A stretch of 64,000 bases of DNA from Eledone cirrhosa. Lineage: Eukaryota. The position numbers and the translations under genes are program-made. Every line of letters begins with the position of its first letter. Within the stretch, counting starts at the first letter, position 1. Of the stretch, positions 13,656 through 26,641 are shown one piece after another. Where the stretch lies: the NCBI GenBank assembly GCA_964016885.1, contig OZ024749.1, forward strand, positions 32,178,001-32,242,000, written 5' to 3'. Under the pieces are notes generated by a model. That model did not search any database and was not told the origin of the DNA. It saw nothing but the letters and a program-made list of their open reading frames with translations.

Positions 13656-13944
13656 TGTAATAGAACAGAATAAAACTTGAGGTGAGTAAGTGTCCACACA
13701 CACACTATAAATTGTAACCCCATTCTGTCTCATCTACATACCACCCTCTTGTATAGCCGGACCCCTCCTCACCAGGTCAACCAAGATCTTATAGTTGTAT
13801 GATCTAAGACAATTAATCCTTCATATTTTCCGACCTTTCAAACTTTAGTGAACAATCTCAACAGGAATAGGTATTAAAATATACACATCATTCAAATGAT
13901 TCCTTCATTGCGACGTGAATATTGTTGGTCTTGTTAACCCTATA

Positions 13945-14757
13945 TAGCATTTAAACCGGCCATATCCGGCCAGAATCCTTCACCCCTTTCTTTTCAAACC
14001 GGCTCTAACCAGTCACTCATTCTGATGTTATGGTATTGTTCTCGAAATAAATAGCATCAAAATCTCGTAGATTCGATATTATGTGAGATAATTATCTAGC
14101 ATTTAAACCGGCCATATCCGGCCAGAATCCTTCACCCCTTTCTCTTCAAACCGGCTCTAACCAGTCACTCATTCTGATGTTAAGGTATTGTTCTCGAAAT
14201 AAATAGCATCAAAATCTCGTAGATTCGATATTATGTGAGATAATTATCTAGCATTTAAACCGGCCATATCCGGCCAGAATCCTTCACCCCTTTCTCTTCA
14301 AACCGGCTCTAACCAGTCACTCATGCTGATGTTAAGGTATTGTTCTCGAAATAAATAACATCAAAATCTCATAGATTCCATATTATGTGAGATAATTATT
14401 TAACATTTAAACCAGCCATATCCGGCCAGAATCCTTCACCTCTTTCTCTTCAAACCGGCTCTAACCAGTCACTCATGCTGATGTTAAGGTATTGTTCTCA
14501 AAATAAATAGCATCAAAATCTCGTAGATTCGATATTATGTGAGATAATTATTTAGCATTTAAACCGGCCATATCCGGCCAGAATCCTTCACCTCTTTCTC
14601 TTCAAACCGGCTCTAACCAGTCACTCATGCTGATGTTAAGGTATTGTTCTCAAAATAAATAGCACCAAAATCTCGTAGATTCGATATTGTGTGAGATAAT
14701 TATGTGAGATAATTATGTGAGATAATTATGTGAGATAATTATGTGAGATAATTATGT
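13945..14757 (+). repeat. 152-bp tandem repeat x5 plus 14-bp repeats, amplified from the interior of a TTAA MITE
   Basis: Units start at 13945, 14097, 14249, 14401 and 14553; the unit matches the interior of the MITEs at 20034-20253 and 62382-62608. Confidence 0.92.
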
Positions 14758-15087
14758 AGGATAAAGCCTTTACCATGAAAATATAATAGGAAGTATAGAG
14801 TAATGTAAATACTAAAGATACAAAGATAATGCTTTAAATATCTTAGATCTTATCATATCTTGCTCCCTCTCTCTCTCTCTCTATCTATCTACCTATCTAT
14901 CTATCAATTTCCTTCTCTCTCTCCCTCTCTATCTCTCTATCTATCTCACTTCTACCTTTTTTTCTGTTGTCAAGTATAAAATATGTAACTAAACCGTAAT
15001 ACTAACTCTGATCTAATTTAATAGTGACTTCAACCAGATTGTTTTTATTTTGTGTCTATGTCTATGTATATGTATATAATTATATAT

Positions 15088-15167
<80 letters not shown>

Positions 15168-15240
15168 GTATGTATATATGTGTGTATATATATATATATA
15201 TGTATGTATGTATGTATGTATATATGTATGTATAGATGTA

Positions 15241-15289
<49 letters not shown>

Positions 15290-15318
15290 GTATATATATA
15301 TATGTATGTATAGATGTA

Positions 15319-15403
<85 letters not shown>

Positions 15404-15603
15404 ATGTAGGTTGTATGTATATATATATATATGTATGTATAGATGTATATATGTGTGTATATATATATATATATGTATGTATGTAGGTTGTATGTATATA
15501 TATATATGCATACATATATGTGTGTGTGTATATATATATATGTATGTATATATATATATATATGTATGTAGGTTGTATGTATATATATATATGCATACAT
15601 ATA

Positions 15604-15665
<62 letters not shown>

Positions 15666-15987
15666 TATGTAGGTTGTATGTATATATATATATGCATACA
15701 TATATGTGTGTGTGTATGTGTATTGAAGGGATTAGGTGTCTAAAATGTGAGGCGTGTAATGCCCTTCCCTCAATATCCTAATTCCATGTCAACTGGGTCA
15801 CACCAAGTCCTCTTTTATCCTTCACCCTCTCTCCCTCACTCTCTCTCTCTCCCCCTCTCTCTCTCTCTCTCTTTATATATATATATATATGGGCCACAAA
15901 ACACTCAGTCACACTTCTATTGGGTTAGTCAATATTACTTGTATTAAATATATATTTTATAGAATTACATAATTCATACATACATAG

Positions 15988-16364
15988 ACTAAAAACCTAC
16001 TACAGTCAGTAGGCATCTCTAACAAAATACACCCCCGTCCCACCACCCCCACCTCATCCACACCGCCCCCTTCTATGTAAAGTTATGTTGGTGCCACACC
16101 ATCCAGGCCGAAACAAATGAGATCGTGTAGGTGTCACGACAAAAAAATACACAGTCCACGCTGTAATGTGGCCGTGTAGGCAACACGGTAAAAACCTCCC
16201 AGACCCACACTGTAAATGTGGTTGGTGTTAGGAACCTTAGAAAACCTGCCAGACAGTCCTATGCGAGCAAGACAATCACTCTTGCCTCAAGTGGGAAAAC
16301 CCCCGTCCAAACCCATGCAAGCGTGGAACACGGACGTTAAACGTTGATGATGATGATGATGATA
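15988..16364 (+). mobile_element. RTE family B 3'UTR fragment
   Basis: Matches 17786-18166 with a small deletion; (GAT)n tail. Confidence 0.88.
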
Positions 16365-16396
16365 GACTAAAATGTACATTATTGAATATATATTGA

Positions 16397-16479
<83 letters not shown>

Positions 16480-16482
16480 TAT

Positions 16483-16606
16483 ATAGGAACAAGTAAGATC
16501 CCGACGGCTGAGCTCAATCCGTTTCGACGGCTAATTCTGGACTGAGTCCAGAATTAGCCGTCGAAACGGCTTGAGCTCAGCCGCCGGGGGTCTTACTTGT
16601 TCCTAT
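16483..16606. repeat. GC-rich fold-back palindrome (~60 bp arms) with a unique 3' tail; sister copy at 34563-34677 in the opposite orientation
   Basis: ...CCGTTTCGACGGCTAATTCTGGACT-G-AGTCCAGAATTAGCCGTCGAAACGG...; the tail ACCCACTCTACTACCC.AAGTATTGAGTACT is shared with 34530-34562. Confidence 0.93.
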
Positions 16607-16690
16607 TACCCACTCTACTACCCTAAGTATTGAGTACTTTGGTGCGTTATGGTCCACTTGGTTCCTTACCACATTTCCTTCGTTATATAT

Positions 16691-16757
<67 letters not shown>

Positions 16758-16772
16758 TATTTATTATTGCCC

Positions 16773-18166
16773 TTCAGGCTATAACAGAGGAGTTCAAGAC
16801 AGGCTGCCCATGGGAACTCCTATACGCAGACGACCTGACACTCATAGCGGAATCAATGGCCGAGCTAGAGAAGAAATTCCAAACATGGAAGCACGGCCTA
16901 GAGTCAAAAGGACTTAAAATTAACCTGGCTAAGACTAAAGTTCTAGTTTGTAGGAAGGAAAATAGGGCGCCGGTCCCATCCGGGAAATGGCCATGCTCAG
17001 TGTGTAGGAAAGGAGTAGGTAGAAACTCCATTTTATGTCCCAAATGCAAAGTATGGGTGCATAAAAGATGTAGTGGGATCACAGGTAAGCTAACTAAGAA
17101 CATAGATTTTACATGTGGCCGGTGTTCTGGTGCAATAAGTAGCAGCAAGTGCACACAAAATACTAGCTCTTTCAATTGCGCAGAGGGTTCTATAGAAATA
17201 GTGGACAGCTTCCGTTACCTGGGCGATAAAATCAGCAGTGGGGGAGGGTGCTCTGAAAGTACTGTAGCTAGAGTCAGAACTGGTTGGAAAAAGTTCAGAG
17301 AGCTTATACCACTATTAGCTGCTAAAGGGTTCTCCCTAAAAATGAAAGGCAGGTTGTACGATGCCTGCATACGAACAGCAATGCTGCATGGCAGTGAGAC
17401 CTGGGCATTGTGTGCAGAGGATATACGCAGACTAGAGAGGAACGAAGCTTGCATGCTCCGCTGGATGTGTAACAGTAATATACGTGAACGGCAAACCATA
17501 AACGAACTAAGGAAAAAATTAGAGATAAGAGGGATCAGATGTTGTTTACTCGAGAGAAGGCTACGTTGGTATGGACACGTGATGCGCATGAAAGTCGATA
17601 GCTGTATAACAAAGTGCAGGGCAATAAAGATAGACGGTAGTCACGGAATAGGCAGACCTAGAAAAACCTGGGACGAGCTGATAAACTCCGACATCACACA
17701 CTTACACCTCTCCAAGACAATGTCACTGGACCGAGACCTTTGGCGGTACTCAGTAACAGAGAAGACCCGCCTTACCTAAATATATAGTAAAACCTACTCC
17801 AGCCAGTAGGCATCTCTAACAAAATACACCCCGTCCCACCACCACCACCCCATCCACACCACCCCGTTCTATGTAAAGTTATGTTGGTGCCGCGCCATCC
17901 AGGCCGAAACAAATGAGATCGTGTAGGTGTCACGACAAAAAAACACACAGTCCACGCTGTAATGTGGCCGTGTAGGCAACACGGTAAAAAACGCCCAGAC
18001 CCACACTGTAAATGTGGTTGGTGTTAGGAAGGGCATCCAACTGTAGAAAACCTGCCAGACAGTCCTACGCGAGCAAGACAATCACCCTTGCCTCAAGTGG
18101 GACTACCCCCGTCCAAACCCATGCAAGCGTGGAACACGGACGTTAAACGTTGATGATGATGATGAT
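16773..18166 (+). mobile_element. RTE LINE family B, 5'-truncated (RT C-terminus with PHD-like finger, 3'UTR, (GAT)n tail)
   Basis: Open frame ..LLYADDL..CSVC..CPKC..WVHKRC..CGRC..FRYLG..MLHGSETW..RRLRWYGHVMR..GRPRKTW; stop at 17779. Confidence 0.96.
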
Positions 18167-18189
18167 TATATATATATATATATATATAT

Positions 18190-18520
18190 GGAGGCACGTG
18201 GCTTAGTGGTTAGAGCATTGGCCTTACAATCGAAAGGTTGTGAGTTCAATTCTCAGACCGGGTGATGTGTTGTGTCCTTGAGCAAGACACTTTATTTCAC
18301 ATTGCTCCAGTTTACTCAGCTGTAGAAATGAGATGAGAGGGACTGTAAAGTGGACGTGTAGGCGCCACGGCAAAAAAGCACCCAGCACTCACTGTAAATG
18401 AGGTTGGTGTTAGGAAGGGCATCCAGCTGTAGAAATCAAGCCAGAATCAGTTCCCGTCCCACCCTTGCAAGCAGGGAAAAAGCGGACGTAAAATGAAATG
18501 ATGAAAAGGATGATGATGAT
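18190..18520 (+). mobile_element. tRNA-head SINE with CORE/Meta-like central domain and RTE-derived tail
   Basis: GGAGGCACGTGGCTTAGTGGTTAGAGC (A box), GAGTTCAATTC (B box), TGTGTCCTTGAGCAAGACACTT domain, tail GCGGACGTAAAATGA. Confidence 0.88.
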
Positions 18521-18894
18521 ATATATATGAATATATATATATATATATATATGGTATGGTATGGACATGTGATGCGTATGGAGGATGACCGATGTGTGAA
18601 GAAGTGCCAAGAAATGCCAGTTGAAGGAAGACGTAGTAGAGGTAGACCACAAAAAACATAGGCGGAGGTGGTGAGAGCAGACCTCAGATTGCTGAAGCTC
18701 ACAGTGCATTATTTGTTTGTCAATCATCATCATCATCATCATCGTTTAACGCCCATGTTCCATGCTTGCATGGGTTTGTCAATATTAAATAATTTCCGGC
18801 TCTTTTTTTCTATTCATTCTGTTATTCTGGTTTCTGTTTGTTACTTTCAAAGTTTATTGAGGTAATACAAAGGTTGACCTTATCTAATGTTCTC

Positions 18895-19182
18895 ACCACG
18901 ACCATCCCTGATTTGGTAGGGTGGAGTGTCTTGTAAAGTTCACTTGATCTAGTATTCTTCCTATGACCATCCTTGATATAGTATGAATGGGGTGTCAGGT
19001 TAGGCTGGCCAGATCAAGTATTCTAGCTATGACCATCCCTGATGTAGTGGAGTGGAGTGTCTTGTAAGGTTCACCTGATCTAGTGTTCTAGCAATGACCA
19101 TCCCTGATTTGGTGGAGTGGAGTGTCTTGTAAAGTTCACCTGATCTAGTGTTCTAGCAACGACCATCCCTGATTTGGTGGGG
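18895..19182. repeat. ~65-bp minisatellite, ~4.5 copies
   Basis: GACCATCCCTGATTTGGTGGAGTGGAGTGTCTTGTAAAGTTCACCTGATCTAGTGTTCTAG recurring. Confidence 0.85.
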
Positions 19183-20033
19183 GTCGCAAAGCCTGGTTAT
19201 CTAAGATTTGATTTATTTAATGTGTTCTCATACATTATCTAATAAGGTTCCTTCGTTTGTTGTTATTGTTTTGTCCGATGTCAGCCCTGATCAAACAGCC
19301 ATGGGATCAAAAGACGTTCCAGTCATGCCCACCCCTCTCTCCCAGCCCGTTCTTTTGTCTGTCCAGGACTATGTTGTTTAATATGCCCTTCTTTTCTTTT
19401 TAGCAATAAGAGGAGGGAGATTTGGCTATTATTTCTAGTATGCTGACTGACTACGTAGAGAGAGAAAGGGAGAAAGAGAGAGAGAGAGACTCAAAGAGAG
19501 AGAGCAACAAAGAGAGTGAGAGAAAGAGAGATAGAGGCAAAGAGAAAGAGAGAGGCAAAGTGAGAGAGAGAGACAAAGAGAAAGAGAGTAAGTATTATTA
19601 GTTTATAGACGTGGACGAAGGCTTCCATTGTTGAACAAATATTTACTTGTCTGTTGTTGTTATAGTTTAACACCAGGTCAGATCAAACCTCATTCAGTAG
19701 ACCTATATATGATCCAACACATTCAAGCTGTGACAATCACATCCTGCCGCCTTTTTTTAAGGATGTATCTAAGACAATATTGTCCAATATATCTCCTCCC
19801 TCACTCCATCTATATCTTCCCTCACAGCAGTTAGTGTGTGATTTTTCAGTGGTTGTGGCTGGTGTTTCTAGCTAAATCTAGTGGCCACCTTATTTCAGCC
19901 TGTATTGTTTGAACAGTAAAACTCCAGATCAGACCTCAATCAGTAGACCTATAATGGTCATACACATTCAAGCCCTGACAATCAAATACCGTCTCCTTTT
20001 TTTAGGGAGGTCTAAGTTTAAAGTCTGTCTTAA

Positions 20034-20629
20034 CCCTTTAATGTTCAAACCGGCCAGAACCGGCCAGAATTCTCTACCTTTTTCTGTTGAAACTGGCTGT
20101 AACTGGTCACTCAAACTGATGCTAAGGTATTGTTCTCAAAATAAATACTTTCAAAATCTCATAGATTCGATATTATGTGAGATAATTATGTGAGATAAAG
20201 CCGTTACCATGAACATATTGTAGTATATATAGAGTAATGTGAAAGCTAAAGGGTTAACTCTTTAGCATTTACATTATTCTATATTTACTATAATTATCTC
20301 ACATTGTGGATTGGCAGTATCGGTAGAGGGTCAGACGCCATGCTTTCCAGCATAGTTACGCCTCTTTATGATCTGAGTTCAAATCCCGCCGAGGTTGACT
20401 TTGCCTTTCATCCTTACGGGGTTGATAAAATAAAGTACCAGTAATGCACTGGGTAATTGCTGGCCTTGTGCCTAAAGTAGAAACAATTATATCGAATCTA
20501 CAAGATTTTGATGTTATTTATTTTGAGAAGAATATTTTAATGTAGGTATGAGGGGCCAGTTACAGCTGGTTTGAACAGAAAGAGGTGATAGAGTTCTGGT
20601 CGGTTTTGGCTGGTTTGAATATTAAAGGG
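20034..20629. mobile_element. Two piggyBac-like MITEs in tail-to-tail orientation sharing one TTAA (20254-20257); the second contains a Nin-SINE
   Basis: TTAA CCCTTTA...TAAAGGG TTAA CTCTTTAGCATT...TAAAGGG TTAA; interiors homologous to 62382-62608. Confidence 0.85.
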
Positions 20630-21498
20630 TTAAGCTATTTAAGACTCGTAAGGTCAATGCTTATCCCAGTTTCATGGCGTGAAAAGGAGTACCAGCAACA
20701 GGTGGGGGTTTAACCCTGTGATGGACTGGCGTCCTGTCTAGGGGGAAGTCTTCTACTCTCAATCACTTCACACTATGAAACCAGCCTTTTAAGGAAGTAT
20801 CTAGGACAATATTGTCCAATATATCTCCTCCCTCCCCATCTATATCTTCCCTCACAGCAGTTAGTGTGTGATTTTTCAGTGGTTGTGGCTGGTGTTTCTA
20901 ACAGGATCTAATGGCCACCTTATTTCAGCCTGTCTTGTTTGAACAGTAAAACTCCAGTTCAGACCTCAATCAGTAGACCTATATATGGTCAGACACATGT
21001 CCTATCCCCTTTTTTAAGGAAGTATCTAGGACAACATTGTCCAACATATCTCCCCTCTCCCCATCTATATCTTCCCTCACAGCAGTTAGTGTATGACTTT
21101 TCAGTGGTTCTGGCTGGTGTTTCTAGCTAAATCTTGTGGCCACTATATTTCAGCCTGTTTGTTCACACTTGGATAGACACCGTTGTCATGTTAGAAAACC
21201 AGTTGATGTCAGTGAAAAAAAGCATTGGATATATTTAGAAATAAACAAAGCGATGACGAAACAAAAGAAAAAAAAAAGGGAAAAAGAAAAAGAGTAAGAA
21301 AAAAGAACTAAGTAAATGAAAGAAATAAAGAAGGGGGGGAAGGGACAATGTCTAAGCCCTAGTCTGAATAATGTTTCAGCTGCACCCTGCAGACAAAATG
21401 GCGAAGGTGTCGCCTTGGAGAATGGCCAGTGACACCCACTACATAAGCCATGTTACCTCACGAGGCTCTTTTCTTAAATATACCTTTATCATGCTACC

Positions 21499-21905
21499 TT
21501 AGTGGTTAGAGCATTGAGCTTGCAATCGAAAGGTTGTGAGTTCGATTCTCGGACCGGGTGTTGGGTTGTGCCCTTGAACAAGACACTTTATTTCACATTG
21601 CTCCAGTTTACTCAGCTGTAGAAATGAGTTGCGATCCTGCCAAATCAATGGGTGGCAGTAGTTCCAGCTGCACGCATCGAATGACTGGTGTAGTAGTTCT
21701 GAGAACAATGCAGCTTTGCAGATGATTAATGAAAGTTGACAATGGAAAGGCGCTGCCGCTCGAGTTAGAAGAGAACTATTGACCTTCAGGAGAAGCAGCG
21801 ACCCCCTGATTGTATTCAGCAACTGAAACAAATATGAAGTACACCAAATCCAATGCTCCTAGGGGTGGCCCTGGTTCTTCTTATTTGCGAGTATAAACTC
21901 TGCCA
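21499..21905 (+). mobile_element. SINE with the same tRNA/CORE-like head but a different long body; reverse copy of the body at ~43800-44045
   Basis: Head matches the 18190 family; the body ending ...GAAGTACACCAAATCCAATGCTCCTAGGGG is found inverted at 43830-43870. Confidence 0.75.
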
Positions 21906-22054
21906 GATTAGATTAGCTGTTCTCCCAGCTGATGTACAGCAAAGGCCATAACTTGTCTCTACATTGGTCAGTCTTGAGCAAGTTTTGGTGCTTGGTTCTA
22001 ATTGATCTTTTCACAGTTCTTCTTTGAAAGTTGCATGCCAAGTGATAATTATTG

Positions 22055-22685
22055 CTCTGTCTCTTTCTCTAGCCACCAGGTGGTGTCCAGTTCTTTGTCT
22101 ACCGCTTTCTCTTGCCACCTGGTGGTGTCCAGTTGTTGGCCTGCTTCTTTTTCTAGCCACCAGGTGGTGTCCAGTTCTTTGTCTACCTCTTTCCCCTGCT
22201 ACCAGGTGGTGTCCAGTTCTTGGTCTACCGCTTTCTCTTGCCACCAGGTGGTGTCCAGTTGTTGGCTTGCTTCTTTTTCTAGCCACCAGGTGGTGTCCAG
22301 TTCTTTGTCTACCTCTTTCCTCTGCTACCAGGTGGTGTCCAGTTCTTTGTCTACCCCTTTCTCTTGCCACCAGGTGGTGTCCAGTTCTTTGTCTACCGTT
22401 TTCTCTTGCCACCTGGTGGTGTCCAGTTCTTTGTCTACCGCTTTCTCTTGCCACCTGGTGGTGTCCAGTTGTTGGCCTGCTTCTTTTTCTAGCCACCAGG
22501 TGGTGTCCAGTTCTTGGTCTACCCCTTTCCCCTGCTACCAGGTGGTGTCCAGTTCTTGGTCTACTTCTTTCTCTTGCTACCAGATGTTGTCCAGTTGTTG
22601 ATCTACCTCTGAGGCTCTTGCCACCTGGTGGTGTCCAGCTATTTGTCTACCTTTGGGTCTCTTGCCTCTAGACATTGTCCAGTTC
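22055..22685. repeat. 42-bp minisatellite (~15 copies) with a 3-unit (126 bp) higher-order pattern
   Basis: GCCACCAGGTGGTGTCCAGTTCTTTGTCTACCGCTTTCTCTT; 14-aa periodicity in the overlapping ORFs. Confidence 0.92.
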
Positions 22686-23904
22686 ATGGCAATCATAACA
22701 GGACAACTATCAAGGAAGCACAAGAAGTGACCAGTAAACTGGAAGCACCTTTCACAAACTATTTCATTCAGGGTGGACTGGGCACTTTTAGCTGTGTCAC
22801 CAAAAGTGCTGCTTTTTGTCATGTTGTCAACACAACCACTTACAGGGTGGACTGGGTGTTTTTTGGGGGGGTTTTTTGTGTCACCAGCACAACAACCTTA
22901 CAGGATGGACTGGGTGCTTTTTGACATGTCATCAGCATGATGACCTTACTGTTTGACTGGGTGCCATGTTACAGAAGGATTTATTTCGATGCAGAATGGT
23001 TAAATCATACAGTACATTTCTTCATATCAAGCAAGTACTTTCAAAGATATGTTATCACAGTGAGAGAGAGGGGGGGGAGGGGGAGATAGACAGAGATGGA
23101 GAAAGAGACAGAGAGAGATAGAGAAATAAACAGAGAGAGACTGAGATTTTTATATAACAGTTCAGATGTAGAAAGGTCAAATATTCACATATATCTTGTG
23201 TTATAATATAATATGTATCTTCAAAAATATATTATCACAGAGAGAGAGAGATAGAGGTGTGAACCAACTGCAAGATTTTTATCTCATATCACCATAACTT
23301 GTTATGTGACCATATCTTACCATAACTGCTTTACAAAGAAAGACTCCAGTTGATAATGCAGTCATAGATAGTGTAAGTCTAAATTACATGGGATGGTCAT
23401 AAATGATGGTCATGGGATGGTCATAAATCTATTCAATTGAAACTTTACCTAGGGCTGAAAAACACCTTTACTATTACCACCACCACCACCCGAGACCAGA
23501 TTACATTCCTTGGGGGCCCTAAGTATATAAATGATCATGCCCCACCCCTTATATAAGTCTGCAAAAAATGTCTGTTTTGGTAGGAAGGCAAGAGAGTGCA
23601 AATTCCTACACCTCCTCACCAATTTAATAAAATTTGAATAAAATGGTGATCCCCTCTTCCCATGATGTATTGAGCATGTCCTTATTTAGCTGAATGGTAA
23701 CTTCAACCATGCCATCACCACTACAACCAACCTATACCACATTGGATAATGTAGTGTTAGACAGAATAAGTCTAAATAAAAGTTAGGATGGTCATAATTG
23801 GGATGTCTTTGATTGTAGATGGATATATATATATATTATATATATATGTATATAGATGCATGTATATATATATATGTATATATATGTATGTAAATATATA
23901 TGTC

Positions 23905-24236
23905 ATCATCACCATCATTATTTCATTTTACGTCCGCTTTTTCCCTGCTTGCAAGGGTGGGACGGGAACTGATGCTGGCTTGATTTCTACAGCTGGATAC
24001 CCTTCCTAACAACAACCTCATTTACAGTGAGTGCTGGGTGCTTTTTTGCCGTGGCACCTCCACGACCACTTTGCAGTGGAATGATACGGACCCCAGTCCC
24101 TATCATCTCATTTCTACAGCTGAGTAAACTGGAGCAATGTGAAATAAAGTGTCTTGCTCAAGGAAACAACACATCACCCGGTCTGAGAATTGAACTCACA
24201 ACCTTTCGATTGCAAGGCCAATGCTCTAACCACTAA
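23905..24236 (-). mobile_element. tRNA/CORE-like SINE with RTE tail
   Basis: Reverse complement of the 33568-33910 copy. Confidence 0.9.
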
Positions 24237-24495
24237 ATATACATATATATATACATACATATATATACATATATATAATATATATATATATATATATGCA
24301 TATATATACATTATATATATACATATATATATTATATATATATGCATATATATATATACATATATATATATATGTATATATATATATACATATATATATA
24401 TATAACGGACGAAGAACCCAAGAGCACACGCTTCGTCTGTTCCCATGTCGATTCAGTTTGGATTGCCTCGGAAACATAACCTTATTATGTAACAA

Positions 24496-24569
24496 GCTGT
24501 CTGACGATGTCGCGGCACTGGCGCATGGAACAGTGTGGCCACTGTCTCCATTGAAATATGTATCACAGC
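24496..24569 (+). ncRNA. Type-I hammerhead motif with enlarged stem II (Penelope pLTR family; sister copy 40912-40987)
   Basis: GCUGU-CUGACGA-[45 nt, includes UGGAACAGUG/CACUGUCUCCA hairpin]-GAAA-UAUGUA-UC/ACAGC. Confidence 0.75.
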
Positions 24570-24828
24570 ATTATTATTAAAGGACTTTAACATCTGAAAC
24601 TACTTCGCTTTTCCTTATTCGATATATATATAGAAATTTGGCACTTGACTCCTTCTTCCTCACTTTTCGTTGCTTCACCATTTTTGTTTGTTTACACTTG
24701 TGTCCCCTTTATTTACGTGTCCCAACGACTTTTTTTAGCCGTTGCTCGCACCAACCGGAGGTATATGGTCTTTAAAGCGATGAAATACCAATGATGGTTG
24801 GAAGATCACTGATGAAGGACTAACTTTA

Positions 24829-24865
<37 letters not shown>

Positions 24866-25022
24866 GTAGAACACTGTTGGGTTATAACCATAGTAGTAGA
24901 GCACTGAGTCCATGGGACGAGTTTCGTAGAGGTAGTTCCACAACAGTTAATGATGATGTGAGTAAGGTGAAACAATTGTTCTCGGAAATGGCAAATTAAC
25001 TGTTGCGGAACTACTTATATAC

Positions 25023-25059
<37 letters not shown>

Positions 25060-25153
25060 CTATATATAGAGTTATAAACTCAAACAGTCTTTCACAATTA
25101 AATAGCTCAAAGAAATACAAATTAATATAAATTAATATATGATAAGCCGTGAA

Positions 25154-25312
25154 ATACAAATTAATATAAATTAATATATGATAAACACTTATACAATTAT
25201 ATAAGTGTTTGTATTGCAAATGACCAAGTCTAGCTAACTTAGTCATTTGCAATACAAACACTTATATAATTGTATTAGTGTTTATCATATATTAATTTAT
25301 ATTAATTTGTAT
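25154..25312. repeat. AT-rich fold-back palindrome (~75 bp arms) upstream of the Penelope fragment
   Basis: ...AAGTGTTTGTATTGCAAATGAC-loop-GTCATTTGCAATACAAACACTT... Confidence 0.92.
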
Positions 25313-25359
25313 ATATATATATATATATGTATGTATGTGTATATATATATATGTATGTA

Positions 25360-25393
<34 letters not shown>

Positions 25394-25417
25394 GAAAACC
25401 CACTGTACCAATAGGAA

Positions 25418-25515
<98 letters not shown>

Positions 25516-25549
25516 GTTATTCCGTCCTGTAGAATCTCATCTATATTAA

Positions 25550-25597
<48 letters not shown>

Positions 25598-25601
<4 letters not shown>

Positions 25602-26320
25602 AACCCACTGTACCAATAGGAAATGTATCATTTGTAAGGTGAACCCCCGGATAAACTGTAAAACTAGAAACGTAGTCTATAGCATAAGATGTACAGAGGG
25701 TACTTGCAGAAACATGACAACAACATACATAGGTGAGACAGCTCGTAGCATAGGTGAAAGGATAGACCAACACTGGGGGGAACTAAAAGGACGAAAAAAC
25801 GGGTCAGTACTATACGAACATGCTAGACAACAACATGACGGTAACATAGACAACATAGAAATTAGAATAATATCTAAACACAGGAATGACCCAGCAGATA
25901 GGCAAATCAGAGAGGCCAGTGAAATAGAAATTAGAAGACCAAAGCTAAACAGAAAGAATGAGTGGAACAACAACAACACCCAAACAAACAACACTGACCT
26001 AAGAGAAGTATAAATAAGTAAATAAAATTAAATAAAATAAGATAAATAAATACATACACAAGCACATAAACACACACTAGTCACCCAGCAGACACAACAC
26101 TATACACACTAGTCACACATCACACATAACACTATACACACACGCAAACGCATGCGCAAAGAAGACAAAATAAAATAAGATAAACAAACAAGCAAATAAA
26201 TAAATAAATATATAGACAGACTGAACAAAAAAAATGGCGTAGACATACAACACAACAGGAGGAACAATGAATATAACACCACTGACGATGTTGCAGATGT
26301 GCAACGAAAGATTTATGTAA
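25598..26320 (+). mobile_element. Penelope-like element 3' fragment: GIY-YIG endonuclease followed by a hammerhead-like core
   Basis: [14 protein letters not shown]...TYIGETARSIGERIDQH...SVLYEH...H...RQIREASEI...PKLN (ORF 25639-26013); CTGACGA-T-GTTGCA-GATG-TGCAAC-GAAA at ~26282-26309. Confidence 0.9.
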
Positions 26321-26532
26321 ATTATGTAAACTATATATATGTGTTTGTGTCTATATTGTATCTATATTATTTTTGACCGCCGGTCAGTCAATGGCAACAT
26401 TGAGGACCGGGTAAGTTAGATCGCAGATATATATATATAAAAGACAGCGAGAAGCGAAAACCAACCAAACAGTGAGTGTGTTCTGTTATTAATTCTGGCA
26501 ATATTACGCAAATATGACCCTCCCCAAATATA

Positions 26533-26576
<44 letters not shown>

Positions 26577-26592
26577 TATATACATACATATA

Positions 26593-26641
<49 letters not shown>

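Noticed and set aside
15013-15743. Long YI/IY/CV-rich ORFs here and at many other sites (4124-5226, 32871-33405, 56618-57056)
   Set aside because: Translations of (TA)n/(CA)n microsatellites that lack stop codons by composition.
18190-18265. tRNA-like sequence with A and B boxes
   Set aside because: SINE head repeated many times with LINE-derived tails; no complete acceptor stem.
21395-21501. AAAATGGCG (YY1/Kozak-like) start with a short ORF after a CTGCAG
   Set aside because: The ORF runs into a SINE and stops; no donor site or homology.
22002-22671. ORFs in three frames with 14-aa periodicity
   Set aside because: A 42-bp minisatellite open in several frames; no protein family resemblance.
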